Assembly: GCF_009914755.1 (NCBI RefSeq) | Contig: NC_060927.1 | Direction: 5' to 3' (one strand) | From: the human T2T-CHM13v2.0 reference genome, Homo sapiens | Length of the DNA: 64,000 nt | Part shown: positions 34,060 through 48,444 of the stretch, in pieces | Layout of the letters: each line of letters starts with the position of its first letter | Numbering within the stretch: position 1 is the first letter of the stretch | Translations under genes and position numbers: made by a program | The notes under the pieces: model-generated | What the model saw: only the letters and a program-made list of their open reading frames with translations | Databases searched by the model: none | Told to the model about the DNA's origin: nothing

Positions 34060-36799
34060 CTTGGACAAATCACCAACTCCCTGTACCTACAACTCACCTC
34101 TTATTATCATTATTATTTTTGTTAGTCATTATTGCTTTTCCTGGATACCATTCCTTAGCATCCTTATCTATCAAAGCTCAATACTCTTTTTCCTCCGTAG
34201 CTTATTTCAAATGTACTTCATTTATAAAGCTTTCTCCAACCCACTCCCAATCACACATGCTCCATCCTTCCCTGAGCCCCCATTACTGCTGTGGTCATGG
34301 AATGTGCTCTCTGTATTACCCTACCAAACAACATGTTCCTTAATGACAATTGACTGAATTTTAATTTTTTTCTTTGATCCTTTCAAATTGGTTCTATAAG
34401 AGCATGCAGCAGATTTCTTAAGTGGGATTCAAGTATACAATTATAGTTATGGTACTGTTGGCTCTGTCTTCTGCCCTTATTTGTATAAAATCTGATATTG
34501 ACTATGGTTAGACCCAGTATGTACATTTCCCAGATTTTTCCATACTGGGAGCCAGGCTCATATTTGATCTATTATATAAAAAGGGTGCTATTTGTTGAAT
34601 GAGCTGTGAATCTCTTTCTTAGCTTCCTGTTTAATCTTTTTAAAAACAGTTTGTGACAGGAAAGGGAATGGCTTTTAAATAATCCAAATTTAATTAGAAA
34701 TGTTGGATGCTAAAATTCAATTTATTTTTCCTTTTTATGAGAGAAGCTCTGTCTCATTCTGTCTGCAACTCATTCTACCCTTTCCTCAAACCCCTTTTTC
34801 TTTTTGCCATTTTTCTCTGTCAACAAGTAAATCCAGGGGCTGAATTCCCAGGCATTTTATTTCTCATGGTAGCAGGTGGCTTTGGGCAGTTACACAGACA
34901 TCCAATTACCAGAGACGTCTAATAAGCTAATAATGACTGCCTGAGGCATTCACTCAGGAGGGGCTTTGGAGACTCTCTCAAAGCTCTTTCTGCTTGCCAC
35001 CTGCCCAGACACGGAGCGAGTCTTGTATTCACACATTTTCCCCAAAGAAGGGTAAACATGGGGGTTTCCTTGGAGATGGCTTTTCCCAGAGTTTGAATAC
35101 TTGGCTTTTCTCACCCTTGTCCAGAGAGGCAAATTGCCAGGATGTTATACAGGGTTAGTTTCTTGGTTATCTAATACAAGAAAAAATGTTATCCAGACTG
35201 TTACTGTGGGAAAGAATTAGAAATAATATTTTTCAAATGCTGCTTTAAAATTCTGTCATTCATATTGTTGTTAACTTCCTTAAGGCCAGCAAAATATACA
35301 TTTTATTTAGAAGTCAGCTGCACAGTTTTTCAATAAAGAAAAAAATGCTTAAAATTGTTTCATAGTTTATTTGCAGAAAGATTAGCAACCTTTATAAATT
35401 AATCCTTCCCACAACAAGTCATCCCAAATAGCAGACCTTCTTCTTTGTTGTGTACACTTGAGTTGGTACACTGCACATCAGTAAACTTTGGCCATGAACT
35501 GTGGCCGCAGAAGACTTTCCCAGAATCTGGGAGCCCAATTGGCAGGGCCTGGCATGCCCTCTCAGTGTACTCAGGCTATTTCTACCTATATTTGTGCCAG
35601 ATATTTTTCAACCAAGATCTTACTCTGTTTTTCAATGAGTTGGGGTTTGTATATGGAAATAAAATAAGAAAATTACATGATAAGAAGACTTAAAAAGTTG
35701 ATTTATATACTATGTAGTGCTTGTTTACAAGGAAATAATGAAAAATATCTACACATAAAAGTGACTAATCAAATAATGACAAAACGAATTATTTGGGGGG
35801 AAAAAAGGGATTTGAAAGAATGCAATCTCACAGTGAAAAAAATAGCATGAGGTACATCATAGATCTGATCATTAAACTTTCCAGAATACACAATTAAATG
35901 TTGTAGGCTATATGATTCCCAATACAATGCTCAGATCAGGACTTGAAAGCATGATTATAACAGAAGACCAGGTAAAGAGGCTAAAAGAAAAAAATATATT
36001 TAAATAAGATTCCTACAGTTCAAAAAAACCAGCGTGAGTTATTTATCCAAGAAGAAGATATAAACTTCAACAAAAGCAATATGGAGGAGAAATGTTTAAA
36101 GACAAAGGTGACCAGTCACTGAGTCAATGTCTGGATACTTAGGTTTTTGGGTGACAAGGTAACCTAGAACCACATGATGTGTCTATTGGGAACAGGCTGG
36201 GGAGGTGGGAGTGGGGTTGTGTGGAAGGTAATGTAGCCCTCGTATGGGCAGTGTATGTGCTATGCTGGCTTATGTTTTTATTGCACATCAAGCCATTTCC
36301 TGGTGCACACTGTGATGCTCTGTTTAACTAGATGCCTTTTGGTCTTTCCAGAGTGGCAGCTTGTTCGGAACAGCCTTATGAGCTATGTTCCAGTTCTTTG
36401 CTTTGATGAGGTCACACCAAAGTTCTATCAGCAGTTTACTCATTAACTTGGAATAGAAACTGGTTTCCCTGGAAGCTAAGTGAACATAAAGAAGCAGCAA
36501 CAGTCCTTTTTAGGGGGCAGATTAAATGTGAGATATTGTCGCTGGGATGCCAATTAAAGTTCTAGAAATAGTTCAGCTATAGGTACCTTGATTGGAATCA
36601 ATGTCTTTATCATTTCCTCAGCTTTGCAGCTGTTTTTGTTTGTGATGTTTCCATTATGACCACTAAAAGAATAATAATAAACTCGAATATAAGGCTCCCT
36701 TCTCCATCCAATTTTTAAATTATTTAATGGGTATTTGCTAGAAAAATTCAGGAAATTTAGGACTAGGATTTACGAGCAGAGTAGGAATGAACTTTAATT

Positions 36800-37040
36800 A
36801 GAAGCAGCATTGGGTAAATGTAAGGACTCAGGACGTAGACAGTCCCAGGCTTCTAATCTGGCTTGAGACCTGTGTGACCTTGGGCAAGGTAACTAAACTT
36901 GATGGTCTTTACCTTCCTCATTTGTAAAGCTGAAATAATCACCTCTACCTCACAGAGTGGTTTCACAGATGAAATCTGGCATGAATGCCTGGCACATAAC
37001 ACAGAGCCTGGTCCATAAACAGCCTGCAGTCAATATTAGT
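36800..37040 (+). mobile_element. MIR
   Basis: ctgtgtgaccttgggcaaggt..ttcctcatttgtaaa..ctacctcacagagt. Confidence 0.8.
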
Positions 37041-37084
37041 TGCTTTGCCCCTTCCTTTATTTTCCAGTTGTATCAGTGGCAAAG

Positions 37085-38050
37085 CTAAATACTTTTTTTC
37101 AACTTTGGAAATTGAGACCTCTTTTAGTTGGTTCCTGTATCCCTTTGACATATACCATATACCCAACATTATGGACTTTTCTTTTTCCTTTTTTTTTTTT
37201 TTTTGAGCACATTCTTACTTTCTGACACTACAGGATTCTCCAGGTTTCATTTCCTGACCTAGTCCAAGAATCAGCAATTTCTTCCAGGAATCTTTGGTGT
37301 TAGAAACCAAAATCCAGGTTCTAGGTGTACTCACATGTATCATTGTTATTATTAATATTATTTATATACTTTATTCTTTATAAATGTTATAGATTTACAG
37401 CAAAATTGAAAAACTAGTCTAGAGAGAACCCATGTACCCCATAATTTCCCCTAGTAGTAGCATATTATATTAGTATGGTAGATTCATTACAATTAATGAA
37501 ATGTATTAATATTAATATATTATTGACTAAAGTCCATACTTTACTCTGGTTTCCTTGGTTTTTACTTAATGTTCTTTCTCTGTTCTAGGATTCCATCCAG
37601 AATACCACATTACATGTAGTCGTCATTTGTCTTTAGGGTTCTATTGGCTATGACAGTTTCTCAGAATTTCATTGTTTTGATGAACTTAATAGTTTTGAGG
37701 ACTACTGGTCAGGCATTTTTGTAGGACGCCCTTCTGTTGGAATTTGGTGTTTTTCTCATGATTAGGCTGTGGTTATGGGTTTTAGATAAGAATGTCCAGG
37801 GATGAAGTGCCATTCTTATCACACCATGCCAAGGGTCCATACTGTCAACATGATTTATGACTTGACCTTGATTATCTGGCTAAGATGTTATATGTGTGAT
37901 TTCTTCAGTGTAAAATTAACCTCTTTTCCCCTTTTCCACATTGTACTCTTCGGAAGGAAGTCACAATGTGTAGCCCATACTTAAGTAGTTGTGTTCCCCT
38001 TTTTGAGGGTAAAGTGTCTATATAAGTTATTTAAAATTTATTGCATGGGG
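37085..38050 (-). mobile_element. L1MC4-like 3' fragments (two pieces)
   Basis: ttttgagcacattcttactttctg..ttagaaaccaa..ctaggtgtactca; tagatttacagcaaaattg..ctaaagtccatact..aagtgccattcttatcac. Confidence 0.72.
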
Positions 38051-39367
38051 TCTTTAGTCAATTTTTTGTTTTCTTATATCTATTTTTACATGCTAGAAAT
38101 GAAGTGCTTGTTTATACTGGGCAAATTTTAATTAAGCAAATATGTATTCCTTGTTAGATATTCAGAGCCGTGATAGTTGATAGGCATATTTTTAACCTAA
38201 TGTTAAAATACTTACTTCTCAGTTATTAAATTGATGGTAATGTAGTAAGCCTGGTTCTGTTTCTTTTACTTGATCACCTGTTCCTTAAATATCACTATTT
38301 CAGCTTCAATATACCAGAAATATAACTACTAATTAAATTATTTTTCATTTTGAATATATCTCCTAACTTCTACATGGTGAAAATTTTCTGAGTTTTCTGA
38401 TGATTGACCAGGAAAAATTAGACTGTGATCTTATTTTACATAATAATTGACCACTAAACACACAAAGCAAAGATAAACGTACAGTGAGGAGCACATTTCC
38501 CACAATAATTACTGGGTCGTTTCCTTATAAATAGCAGAGTTGTACAGCATCATGTTAAGTATGAGAATGCGTAGATGCTGAGAGGAGTTTAAAGTTAAAA
38601 GGAAAACAAATACTCCTGGGGTTTTAATCACTAATTACAGGTATATAAATAACCATTTCTTGGATTTGGAAGGCATTTGGTCTCCTGGATATGATCTAGT
38701 TTGGCATATGGGCTTGCCAGGGTTTTTTCTTCCTCCCTTTGTGATCTGCTTGAAACTGGAGAGGTCAGGCATGAAGACAGGTGGTGAAAATATTCAGGAG
38801 AAAAATACAAAAAGTTATTGTCTGGATTTGCCAGCAGTTCTATTTAATGACCTAAAGGAGTTGACCCAGAACTATATTTAGATTTTGCAAGATGGCATGC
38901 CACAACACACTGTTTATAGATACTCATTTTCTGAGAAACTATAAGTGTTTCATTGAAAAGATTTATACTGATTAGTTGCACCATCTGGTCCATGCAATAT
39001 ATAAGAAAATCTCAAATAGTGAGAAATACCCAATGAAAACAATTTCAACCCAGAGAGGAGTATAGCTGTTTTTTTCTCTTTTTGAACAAAGATTTCTATA
39101 CATTTTGTAAGTCAGCAAAACTTTAATATATTTATGATAATAACCATGGATTATTTTGAGAAAAGTGCTATTTTGAAATCAATTTTGCATAACCTGAACA
39201 AACCTTATATGTTTATGTGCCAATGTTTGTACTCCTTGCTTTTTATATCATTGTTTTGTGTAATTTAGGATTTTGTCTATTTTGAAGGCCCTGCTGGCTC
39301 TGGGATTATTATTTATTTCCTACTATTTAAAGATAAATTAACAAACACCCAGATTCTAGTTCTGTCA

Positions 39368-39742
<375 letters not shown>

Positions 39743-39856
39743 AAAACATAATTAGGTTGGTTTCAAGGCACTTCCTGAGGAATCAGAAAAATCTCTTCAT
39801 CTTGTACTTCAAAGGAGAGATGGTTGAATGTCTGTGAGTTAAAATTTCAACTCCTG

Positions 39857-40090
39857 GGCCGGGCGCGGTGGCTCATGCCTGTAATCCCAGCACTTTGGGA
39901 GGCCAAGGCGGGTGGATCACGAGGTCAGGAGATCGAGACCATCCTGGCTAACACGGTGAAACCCTGTCTGTACTAAAAATACAAAAAATTAGGCGGAGCT
40001 TGCAGTGAGTCGAGATCACGCCACTGCACTCCAGCCTGGGAGACAGAGCGAGACTCCGTCTCAAACAAAAAAAAAAAAAAAAAAAAAAAA
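39857..40090 (+). mobile_element. AluY-like with a ~75-bp right-arm deletion
   Basis: gagatcgagaccatcctggctaacacggtg..aaattag|gcggagcttgc. Degenerate TSD aaaatttcaactcc/aaaagttccactcc. Confidence 0.94.
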
Positions 40091-40749
40091 GTTCCACTCC
40101 AATCAGAAAATAATGCAGTTCCTTTACTTCATAAAGTTCAATTTTTCCCTTAAGGTACTCGATGTTTTACATATATTACTTCATATTTTTTTGAATGTGG
40201 ACCAGAGTTTAATTTTTCTTTTTTACATTATTTAGTAGAGCTTGAGGCACCGAGAAGTTTAAGTCAATGGGTTTGCCAGAGATCAAGTTTTTGAATTTTA
40301 ATCCAGAGTTCATTCTACCAGGATCTCATACTAAGATTCTGAAATCTTTAGGATGACAGAGGTAGGGTAGTAATTTCCAGAAGACTCTTTGCTTCTCTCT
40401 TGATCTCTTCCTACACACTCTTCAACATGATCAACTCTGCAAAAGACAACAAAGAAAATCCGTTGATCAAGCAAGGCTAAGTTTTTTAGACCTTCTGTGG
40501 GTAAAGGAAAAAAATCACCTTAATCCTTAGCAGTATTTCAGAAGGAGAAGTCAGGGAGGATATTTACAGGGCTTTAGAGACTGGACTGAGTGATTTTATG
40601 GTGGTTCTTACAAGGCAAGAAACATGTTGGGATTGGACAGAGTGTGTGACACAATAACCATAATTATGGTTCAAGGCCCATTCTTATGCAGCCAAGAGGG
40701 GATTGAAGCATTTCTAGCCTGAGACTGCCTTTCCCAACAGTGTGCAGAA

Positions 40750-41245
40750 TGAAACCGAAACTTCTCACATTGACGTAGAAAGTCTCTGCATAGTCTGGCC
40801 CCTCCTGTTCTCTCTGACTTCAACTTGAATTATTCTCCATATTGGTCCAGTACAGTGCTCTCGTAATAGAGGCCTTGCCTCTGTTCCTGCATTAAGGCCT
40901 CTGTATGATTCCCTCAAACTTTTCTGGTAGGTCTGTGCCCCCAGACTTGGATAGTTGTCTTCTTCTTGTAATTGTGATCCTATTTCAAAGATATTTCATC
41001 AGAGAGAACTTCCTCAACTACTGAATCCAAAGTAGCCCCCTTTGCCCCTACATATTATGTGATCGAATTCTACTTTCTTTATATGATTAGCCATTATTTG
41101 AAATTATTTTGTTCGCTTGCTTATTATTTTATTGCTGCCTTCCTTTTCATAGAGTGTAAGTAGGGATCTCTTTCTTGTTTAATGCTGTATCTGCAGTGCC
41201 TACAGCATTGCCTTATACAAAGTAAACATTTAAAAGTATTTGTCT
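40750..41245 (+). mobile_element. L2
   Basis: tgctgtatctgcagtgcctacagcattgcct..agtaaacatttaaaagtatttgt. Confidence 0.7.
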
Positions 41246-41249
41246 CACT

Positions 41250-42290
41250 CTGTGGGAATTTAGCAGAACACTCTCATACCTTGCTGGTGTACACTTTGGC
41301 AATGTCTATTAATAATAGAAACGTTCATGCCCTTTGATGCAGCATTTCTACATCTAGGTATCCTGCAGATATACTTGCACATGTGAAAAATTAGGTATAT
41401 ACAATAATATTTCTTATTCAGAAAAGAGTTAACATGGCAAGCCTGAAGGTTGGTTCTTGGCTGGCATCTGGGATTTGGCTGGTAAATAGTTCCCTGCACT
41501 GACATGAAACTTTCCCTAAGTGATAAAGCTGTTTTACTCACTTGAGGACTGAACATCCGCGTTTCTTCTGGAAATGTGGAGTGCTTGTAGTTGGTAGGCA
41601 GGGTGTGTCTATATGACCAGTCCCCAGTGAAAACGTTGGTTTTGAGCCTCTAATGTGTTTTCTTGGACAAACTTTGCATGTTACTGCACTTTTTTTTTTC
41701 CTGCTGAAGTAAGGAACACACTCAGTGTGTCATCCCATGGGACAAAGACAACATAGGAAGCCTATGCATGAATTTCTCCAGATTCCTCTTGGATCTTTTC
41801 CCCTTGTTGCTCCTGCTACGTATCCATTGCTGTAATAAACCTTAGCAGTTAGTACAACTATATTCTGAGGCTGTGAGTCCTTCTAGTGAATCATGGAATT
41901 TGTGAACAGTCTTGGAGAGCCTGGAAACATTCATTGTCATTGTAATTTTTTCCCCTCCAAAACTTAAGACAAGCAAAATGTTCACCTACAGAGGACAAAT
42001 TATGACACATACATTAAAAGGAATACTATATTATATTCCTATATGAGGCAAGCCTACACACTGATATGATAATATTAAACACATATCTTTATAAAGGAAT
42101 TAAACAGGGTTCAAAGTGTTCTGTGTAATTTGGATGCTACTCATTGTGCACATTCACATATAAATATGTTTGCAAATGCATAGAAGATCACTAGAAATAT
42201 GTTCAAGAGTCTGATAATAATGGTTACGTCTGAGGAGAGAAACTTGGTGGCTGAGAGAAACAAGGGCAAGAGAAGTTTTACTGTTTATGC
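41250..42290 (+). mobile_element. L1ME-like 3' fragment interrupted by an LTR
   Basis: ctttggcaatgtctatt..catgccctttgatgcagcatttcta; ggaatactat. Confidence 0.6.
41415..41929 (+). mobile_element. MER21/MER77/MER68-family LTR
   Basis: aaagagttaacatggcaagcctga..ttggctggcatctggg..gctgtaataaaccttagc..gtgagtccttctagtgaatc. Confidence 0.8.
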
Positions 42291-42493
42291 TGCACTATTA
42301 TGTTTGCTACTAGCCATGTGTGGCTATTTAAATTAAACTAATTCAAATTAAATTAAATAAAAAATTTCATTTTTCAATATCATTAGCTACCTTTCAAGGC
42401 ATAATAAGCACATATGTGGATAGGGCTACCACATTGAAAAGCACAGCTATAGAACATTTCCTTCATTGCAGAATAATGTTTTAGACAGCACTG
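42290..42493 (-). mobile_element. MER3 hAT DNA transposon
   Basis: ctagccatgtgtggctatttaaatt..tagaacatttccttcattgcagaa..gacagcactg. Confidence 0.82.
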
Positions 42494-43059
42494 ATCTACA
42501 TGCTTTTTTACTGTTGACTATTTATCCTACGTACATGTTTTATTATTCAAAAATTGTTTTAAACAAAACAAAGTATTAGTTGAATGGATGAACAATAAAT
42601 ATTGACTAAATAGTCTCTGCTAACAGACTATTCTGAGAATCTCAACATGTGAGACCAAATCACCTGTTTTTATGGTGGAAATTTACATCTAGTTAAGATA
42701 GGTAAGATAAATAGCAGCTTAAATTCTCAGTACCTTTTTATAAAAGCAAATCTTCAGCTTAGGGGTTGGAGCCAATTCCAGATCTTGGAAGCCCTAGCAA
42801 ATTTGCCAGAGAGAGTGCCAAGGAGCACAGAGTGGGAGTATTGTCTCCTCCTCTTCACCAGCTCCAGCAACGTATGCCGCAGGCATTTGGCTAGCTTTAA
42901 CATACTGGTATGCAGAGTAAAACAGACCTCTTTGCTTCTTTGTCCCTCCTTTTTTCCCTCCCATAATAAATAGCTCTTATAACTTCTGTCCAGAAGAAAT
43001 TATAACCAATTTTGTATGCTTGAGTTGGGAGATGTCAGTAATGGTATTATTAGTGTTTT

Positions 43060-44060
43060 TACAGTTCAGTTTGGTGTTTATTAAGTGCTAACCGAATAAT
43101 AAAAGATCTTTGTTTTTGAGATCCTCATGGTTCAGTATGGAAGACGGGAAAAGGGAACAGATTGTGTTGACATAATAGCATTAAGTGGTGCCAATGTAAA
43201 GGTTTGCTCAAGGTGCAATGAAACATGGAGAAAGGCTACCTGACCCAGTTGTGAAGGATGTGTAAGACATTTTAGGCAGAGAGGATGAGAAGAGCGCTCC
43301 AGGTGGGGGCAGGTAATTATGGCAAAGAGAAGAGGTTGTGCAAGAGAATGGCTTGTTGGGAACACTGCAGTAGTTGAATATTAGAACCTAAAACTGCAGG
43401 TGGAAATGAGGGCAAGAAGTGAAAGAAAGGCAAAGGAGGCTTAAGTGGTGGGAGGCTTTGTGTTAAATGCTAAGAAGGCTGGATTTTATTTGGCAGGGTT
43501 TGGGAGCCTGAAAAGACTTTGATGAGAAGGGTATCATATTTGTGTATATTTTTCTCAATCCATGTTGAGGAAGGGATTTAGTGAGATAAAACCCAGGCAA
43601 GATGACCTGTTAGGGAATTGTTACAATCGAGAAAAAAGCTGGTAAGGGCATTTTTGAAATTATGCCTTCTATTAGTATTTTTCTCTTTCTTTTCCCACTT
43701 TTTTCTACTTCTCCACTTCAGTTTCTTGAGATTATCTTTCAAGTCAACTACTTGAACCCAGGTCCTTGTTGCAGGGTCTGCTAGTGGGAGAATCTACAGT
43801 AAGAAAAGAAGTGAGCAGTCAGTAGAGCCAAACACTGCCCAGAAGGCCAGTCAGGTAACAACTGAGAGTCTCCCCTGGCTTCCTCACTATGGAAGCCATG
43901 GGTTATTTTTATACAAGCAGTTTCAATGAAGCTGTGGGAGGAGAATCCAGATTGCTCAGATTGCAGGAAACTATGAATGGTTTTGACGGTGAGGAAGAAG
44001 AAAAATGGGTGTAGACACAGCTTCTAAAACATTTGGCAAGTGATATGATGATAGCCAGAA
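43060..44060 (-). mobile_element. L2 fragments with an LTR16/33-like piece at about 43680-43806
   Basis: gtttattaagtgct..; aatgctaagaaggctggattttat; cagcttctaaaacatttggc. Confidence 0.5.
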
Positions 44061-44435
44061 TGGCAGACAAATCCAAGAGTAGAATTTTTCCAGAATAGGA
44101 GAGGATTCTATAATGGACATGACAGACAGCACTACAATCCTCCCCCTCACACAGTCGCTTCTCAAATAATCTTACCATGGATTAAAGGACACCAACATAT
44201 TAGAAAAACGGCAGAGAGATGGAAAAAAGTAGATTATTGATAGTCATTTTAGCTTCCAAATCTAATCATGCTTGAAGTTTCTAGATTTTCCACTGTGCAG
44301 CCAGACTTTTGAGTTAAGTGAATAGATTCTCTATCTCACTTGAGTCAAATTGAGTTAGGCTTCTTTAACTTGCAAATTGTGAGTAGTACAAACCCTTCTC
44401 TAAACCTCATTGGAATACATTTTTGTTTTTACAAA

Positions 44436-44436
<1 letters not shown>

Positions 44437-44474
<38 letters not shown>

Positions 44475-44487
44475 CACACACACACAT
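44437..44487. repeat. (CA)n microsatellite
   Basis: CA run with one CG interruption. Confidence 0.96.
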
Positions 44488-44634
44488 TCTATTAAACTGC
44501 TAAAAGGAGAAAAGAACCAGTACTGAGAAAGTGGTATAATACACAAATAAAGGTGGATAATTGATAAAACAAGGCTCTTTTGAGGATGGTAGATGATGAA
44601 AACAAGAACTTTAGTGGAATGACTACTCATAAGT

Positions 44635-44905
44635 ATTTTTTTTACATTTTATTATGGAATGTTTAATATATGCAGAAAAGTTGAAGAATTGTGAAGGTAG
44701 CAATCGTGTATATGCCATCTAAATCCTACCATTAACACTTTGCTACATTTCATATTCTTGCTTTTTTTCATTTATCCATCTTTTCATCTGTCATCAAGGC
44801 ATCTTCTTTTTGTACGTATTTCAAAATAGTTTGCAGATGTTAGTATACTTCATTACTAAATACTTCAGCATGCATATGATTACTTGATTTCCAAATTTGT
44901 TTAAC
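44635..44905 (-). mobile_element. Old L1M 3' end
   Basis: ttttattatggaatgttt..cagaaaagttgaagaatt..taaatacttcagcatgcat. Confidence 0.62.
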
Positions 44906-46224
44906 ATTATAAATATGTAATATATTGAAAAAATTACCTATGATATCTCTGTTATTCTAATGACATATCTTATTGATCTTTTAAAATTTCAGCACCGTTA
45001 ATGTTTTTATGCTGTTATTATAATTTTAAAGGATGTTTTTCACTTTCCCTTATATCCAGAACATAGTCCTTTAGAAAATTTTTGAAAATGATAAATCTAG
45101 CTTATTCATGTTGCTTTTTAATACATTGCCTGATGGAGAAGTTAGAAATAATCATGCATAAGGTTTGACATATGTCTACTGTTGTCTTGAAAATCAGTTG
45201 TATACCACTGACTCTTACATTGCTACATTGCCCACAGCCTTATAAATGGCCACACCTGAGATTCAATTAATATCTTCTCTGATAGATGTTGATCCTAGAG
45301 GGGAAGGCATTATGAGCCTAGGCGTACTAAGAGCTTTAGCTTTGTAGCAGAGCCTGGAAAAATATTTTTTGAGAAAATATAGTTTATTTCATATAGGTAA
45401 ATATTTTTATAAGAATCCACCTTGGACCTTGTCCTATTCTTTCATTGTATCTAAATGCATTGTTCTCTTTATAGTGTAAATCCTTGCTCTCTGAGTTTAA
45501 TTTCTAGAGATCTGTATATTTCTTGGTCTGGTACCATATGCTAAATTTCTGCTGAGTCATCCTGGTTGCTAAACATAATCTATCATTGCCCCCTCCCTGT
45601 AATCCCTGCTTCCTGACCACACAGAATTCTTTGAACAGTGGCCGAAAGTGACTATGCCAGTGACATCCAGAGGAGCAGGATACAGGGTTATAATGTGGGG
45701 CAGAAAATAAATTACAAACGTAGATCATTCACTGTGCTCACATGTATGTGTTTTTTTTAGTTAAGTCATATGCATCATGTGTCTTAGTGTCCTCTTTTCT
45801 GTGATAAGGTTGAGCAAAATATTCCATTGATTGAAAATGCACAAACAATTTGCCTGAAAAAGGGTATAGAAAAGGCATTTCCAGAATCTGAGAGCTGACC
45901 TTGTCTTTCCTCTTGGCTCACTCCTGCAGCTGTGCTCTGGATCCCTGTTTCTCTTTTCTTGAAGCACAAGTAACATCTCATCCTTTAAATAAAGAAAAAA
46001 CAAGTTCTTTGGTCCAATATTTTCCTCTGAGAATGATCTTGCCTCTTTACCTCCTTCCTTAACCACATATGCACACCTGCCATCTCTCCTTTATCTTTTT
46101 AACTCCTTAGATTACTGTGATATGACTTTAATTGTCACCTTCCAATGACAGAGTTATTTTTCACAAAGTCACTAAATTAATGGACAGTTTATAATCATAA
46201 TCCTACTTAATTGTATCTAATTTT

Positions 46225-46418
46225 CTTTGCAACCTAAAGCTAATATTTATTGAGGGCTTATATGTCAGGCCTCAATCAAAATGCTAACCTCAAAACAACC
46301 TATAAAGTAAGTACTAATTTTATCCTTATCTGTTACACGAGAAAACTAAAGCAAAAGAGATTGAGAAAGTTCCTCAAGGTCACCCATTAGGTGCTGGAGC
46401 CAGGATCCCAAGCCATAA
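46225..46418 (-). mobile_element. MIR
   Basis: gctaatatttattgagggctta..gagaaaactaaagc..ctcaaggtcac. Confidence 0.72.
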
Positions 46419-46423
46419 GTGAC

Positions 46424-46812
46424 TGCTATGCTTTGAATGTGTCTTTTAGAATTCTTGTGTTGGAAATTTACTCTCCAATGCAACAGTGTTAGGAGGTGGG
46501 GTCTTTTGGGAGATATTTAGCTCATGAGGGCTCTGCCCTTATGAATGGATTAATGGCACTACAGACAGGGCTTGTGGGAGTGGGCTTTCTCCCTTTCGCT
46601 CTTCTGCAACACGAGGCTACAGTGTCTATTCCTGTTTGCCTTTGTGCCTTTTACCATGTGTGGATGCAGCAAGAAGGTCCTCGGTGGACATCAGATACCA
46701 GTGCCTTGATCTTAGACTTCTCCACCTCCAGAATTGGGAGAAATAAATTTCTCTCATTATAAGTTACCCTGTGTGTTGTATTCTGTTGTATCAGCGCACA
46801 TAGACTAAGGCA
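46424..46812 (+). mobile_element. MST (C/D-like) solo LTR
   Basis: tgctatgctttgaatgtgtc..agactaaggca. Perfect TSD gtgac at 46419-46423 and 46813-46817. Confidence 0.93.
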
Positions 46813-46859
46813 GTGACCTGAGAGCTGCTGGATGTGGGATGCTATTGACCATTTTTCCC

Positions 46860-47630
46860 ATTCTCTGACCAATAAACATCCTTTTTACTCCATTTTTCTT
46901 CTCTCAAATCTATCCAATTTTCTCTACCTTGCTGTCACTATCCTAGTTAGGAGGACACTTATCTTTCACCAGGATTACTTAAAATGCTTCCCAATCAGCC
47001 ACTCTGCTTCCAGGCTTTCCCCATCCAGTCCATTTCTAGACCATGGTCAGGGTGACCTCCTTGAAGCTCAAATCTGATCACATCAATCTCTCTGCTTAAA
47101 ATATTTCAATGCCTGCCTGATTTTCAGCTGAAAATAGAAGTCCCTTTATATCATCTCAGAGGAACTTCAAGATGTGAATCCTGTCAAATTTAACTCTTTG
47201 GTTTCATCTCTGGACATGCTTAGTTTGCCTTGTGGACTCTAATCTACCAGCCTTGCTCAAGCTACCTAGAGGCAGGATTTTAAATGTTCTCACCACAAAG
47301 AAATGATAAATATATGAGGTGATAGGCCCTTTTAAAAGTCTCTCTTTTTTGCTCTTATTGGAGAGCTCTTGTCCTCGGTGCTCTTTAGTCTGGTCTCCTT
47401 TAAGACATCCTTCCTGGGAATCCTTCTCTTGGCCCCTTAGAGCTGGGCTATGTGGTCCTTTGTGTGCCCTCATAGCTCCCTCCCTAAATGTCAAGCCTAG
47501 AGCTTACAATTCTGATTTTTAATTACTCATTGAATATTACCTTCTCCATTACAGTATGTCTTGTTGACTTAGCCCAGTGTCTGCTACATAGTAGGGCTTA
47601 TTAAATAGTTGTTGAATGAATGAATGAATG
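46860..47630 (+). mobile_element. L2 3' region with a small L1MA insert at about 47265-47325
   Basis: ctcaaatctgatcacatca..tctgcttaaaa; ends in gttgaatgaatgaatgaatg. Confidence 0.78.
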
Positions 47631-48444
47631 TCAATTTTAGAAACTGAGTAAATCTAAAATACAGAGTAAATCTAAAATGCATGTTAGTTGGTTTCATGAT
47701 GCTTCTGCCCAGAAGCATCCCTTTCCTCACTTATGAAATGGGAGTACCATAGTTCTAATATACTTTTATGCTAAATACATGATGTTAAAGTAGCACCAAG
47801 TTTCCTCTCAAAATCTGTAGAGAATTTTTATTATTAACTAATAAGGAAAAACTGGATTAAATGTTTCATGGAGATTTATATTCACTACCCACCCCCTCAT
47901 TCTTACTTTACTTTTTAATCTCATTTTTTTTTGTGAAGTGGATTGGTTTAGGATGAAAGCTTAATGAACTGAAAGTATTTTTTTGTCTGTATAATAAAAC
48001 TATGATCCCATAGTTTTCAATTGGTAATTCAAAGGGAATAATGACAGTAGTGTCAGAAAAGTAGAATCATACATTTTATGTATAGAACAATGTGTCAAAA
48101 ATGAGGAACTTATACCAATGTGCTTATAAAGATAAATTATTCTATGAACTATTTTTACCTTGCTTAAAGAACTCTAGAAAACATAAGGAAGTTTATTTAT
48201 TTATTTATTGGATTTATGCTTATAGCTCTTGATTCACTCCTTTCCTCTTCCAGCAGATTTTTTTACCCTGAAATTCACAAGTTTAAGGATGCTTTTCTTT
48301 TCTTTTTACATTGTTCACTTTTAACTATTCTAGGATTCTTAAAATAATTTTTGCCTTTTTTTGACTTTTGTAATTTGTAAATGGTTTCCTGAATGGTCAC
48401 AAAAGCTTTATCATTAGGCTGTATTCATTTGGAAGTCACTATAT

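Noticed and set aside
35780-36120. Possible second CR1/L3 remnant
   Set aside because: Only vague nucleotide resemblance, with no run of motifs like that at 8500-9150.
33660-36800. Candidate first exon or promoter of the fossil gene
   Set aside because: Several minus-strand donors exist (e.g. near 34095, 35113, 35622), but none gave a supportable phase-2 exon with similarity to CNBD1, and there is no CpG island.
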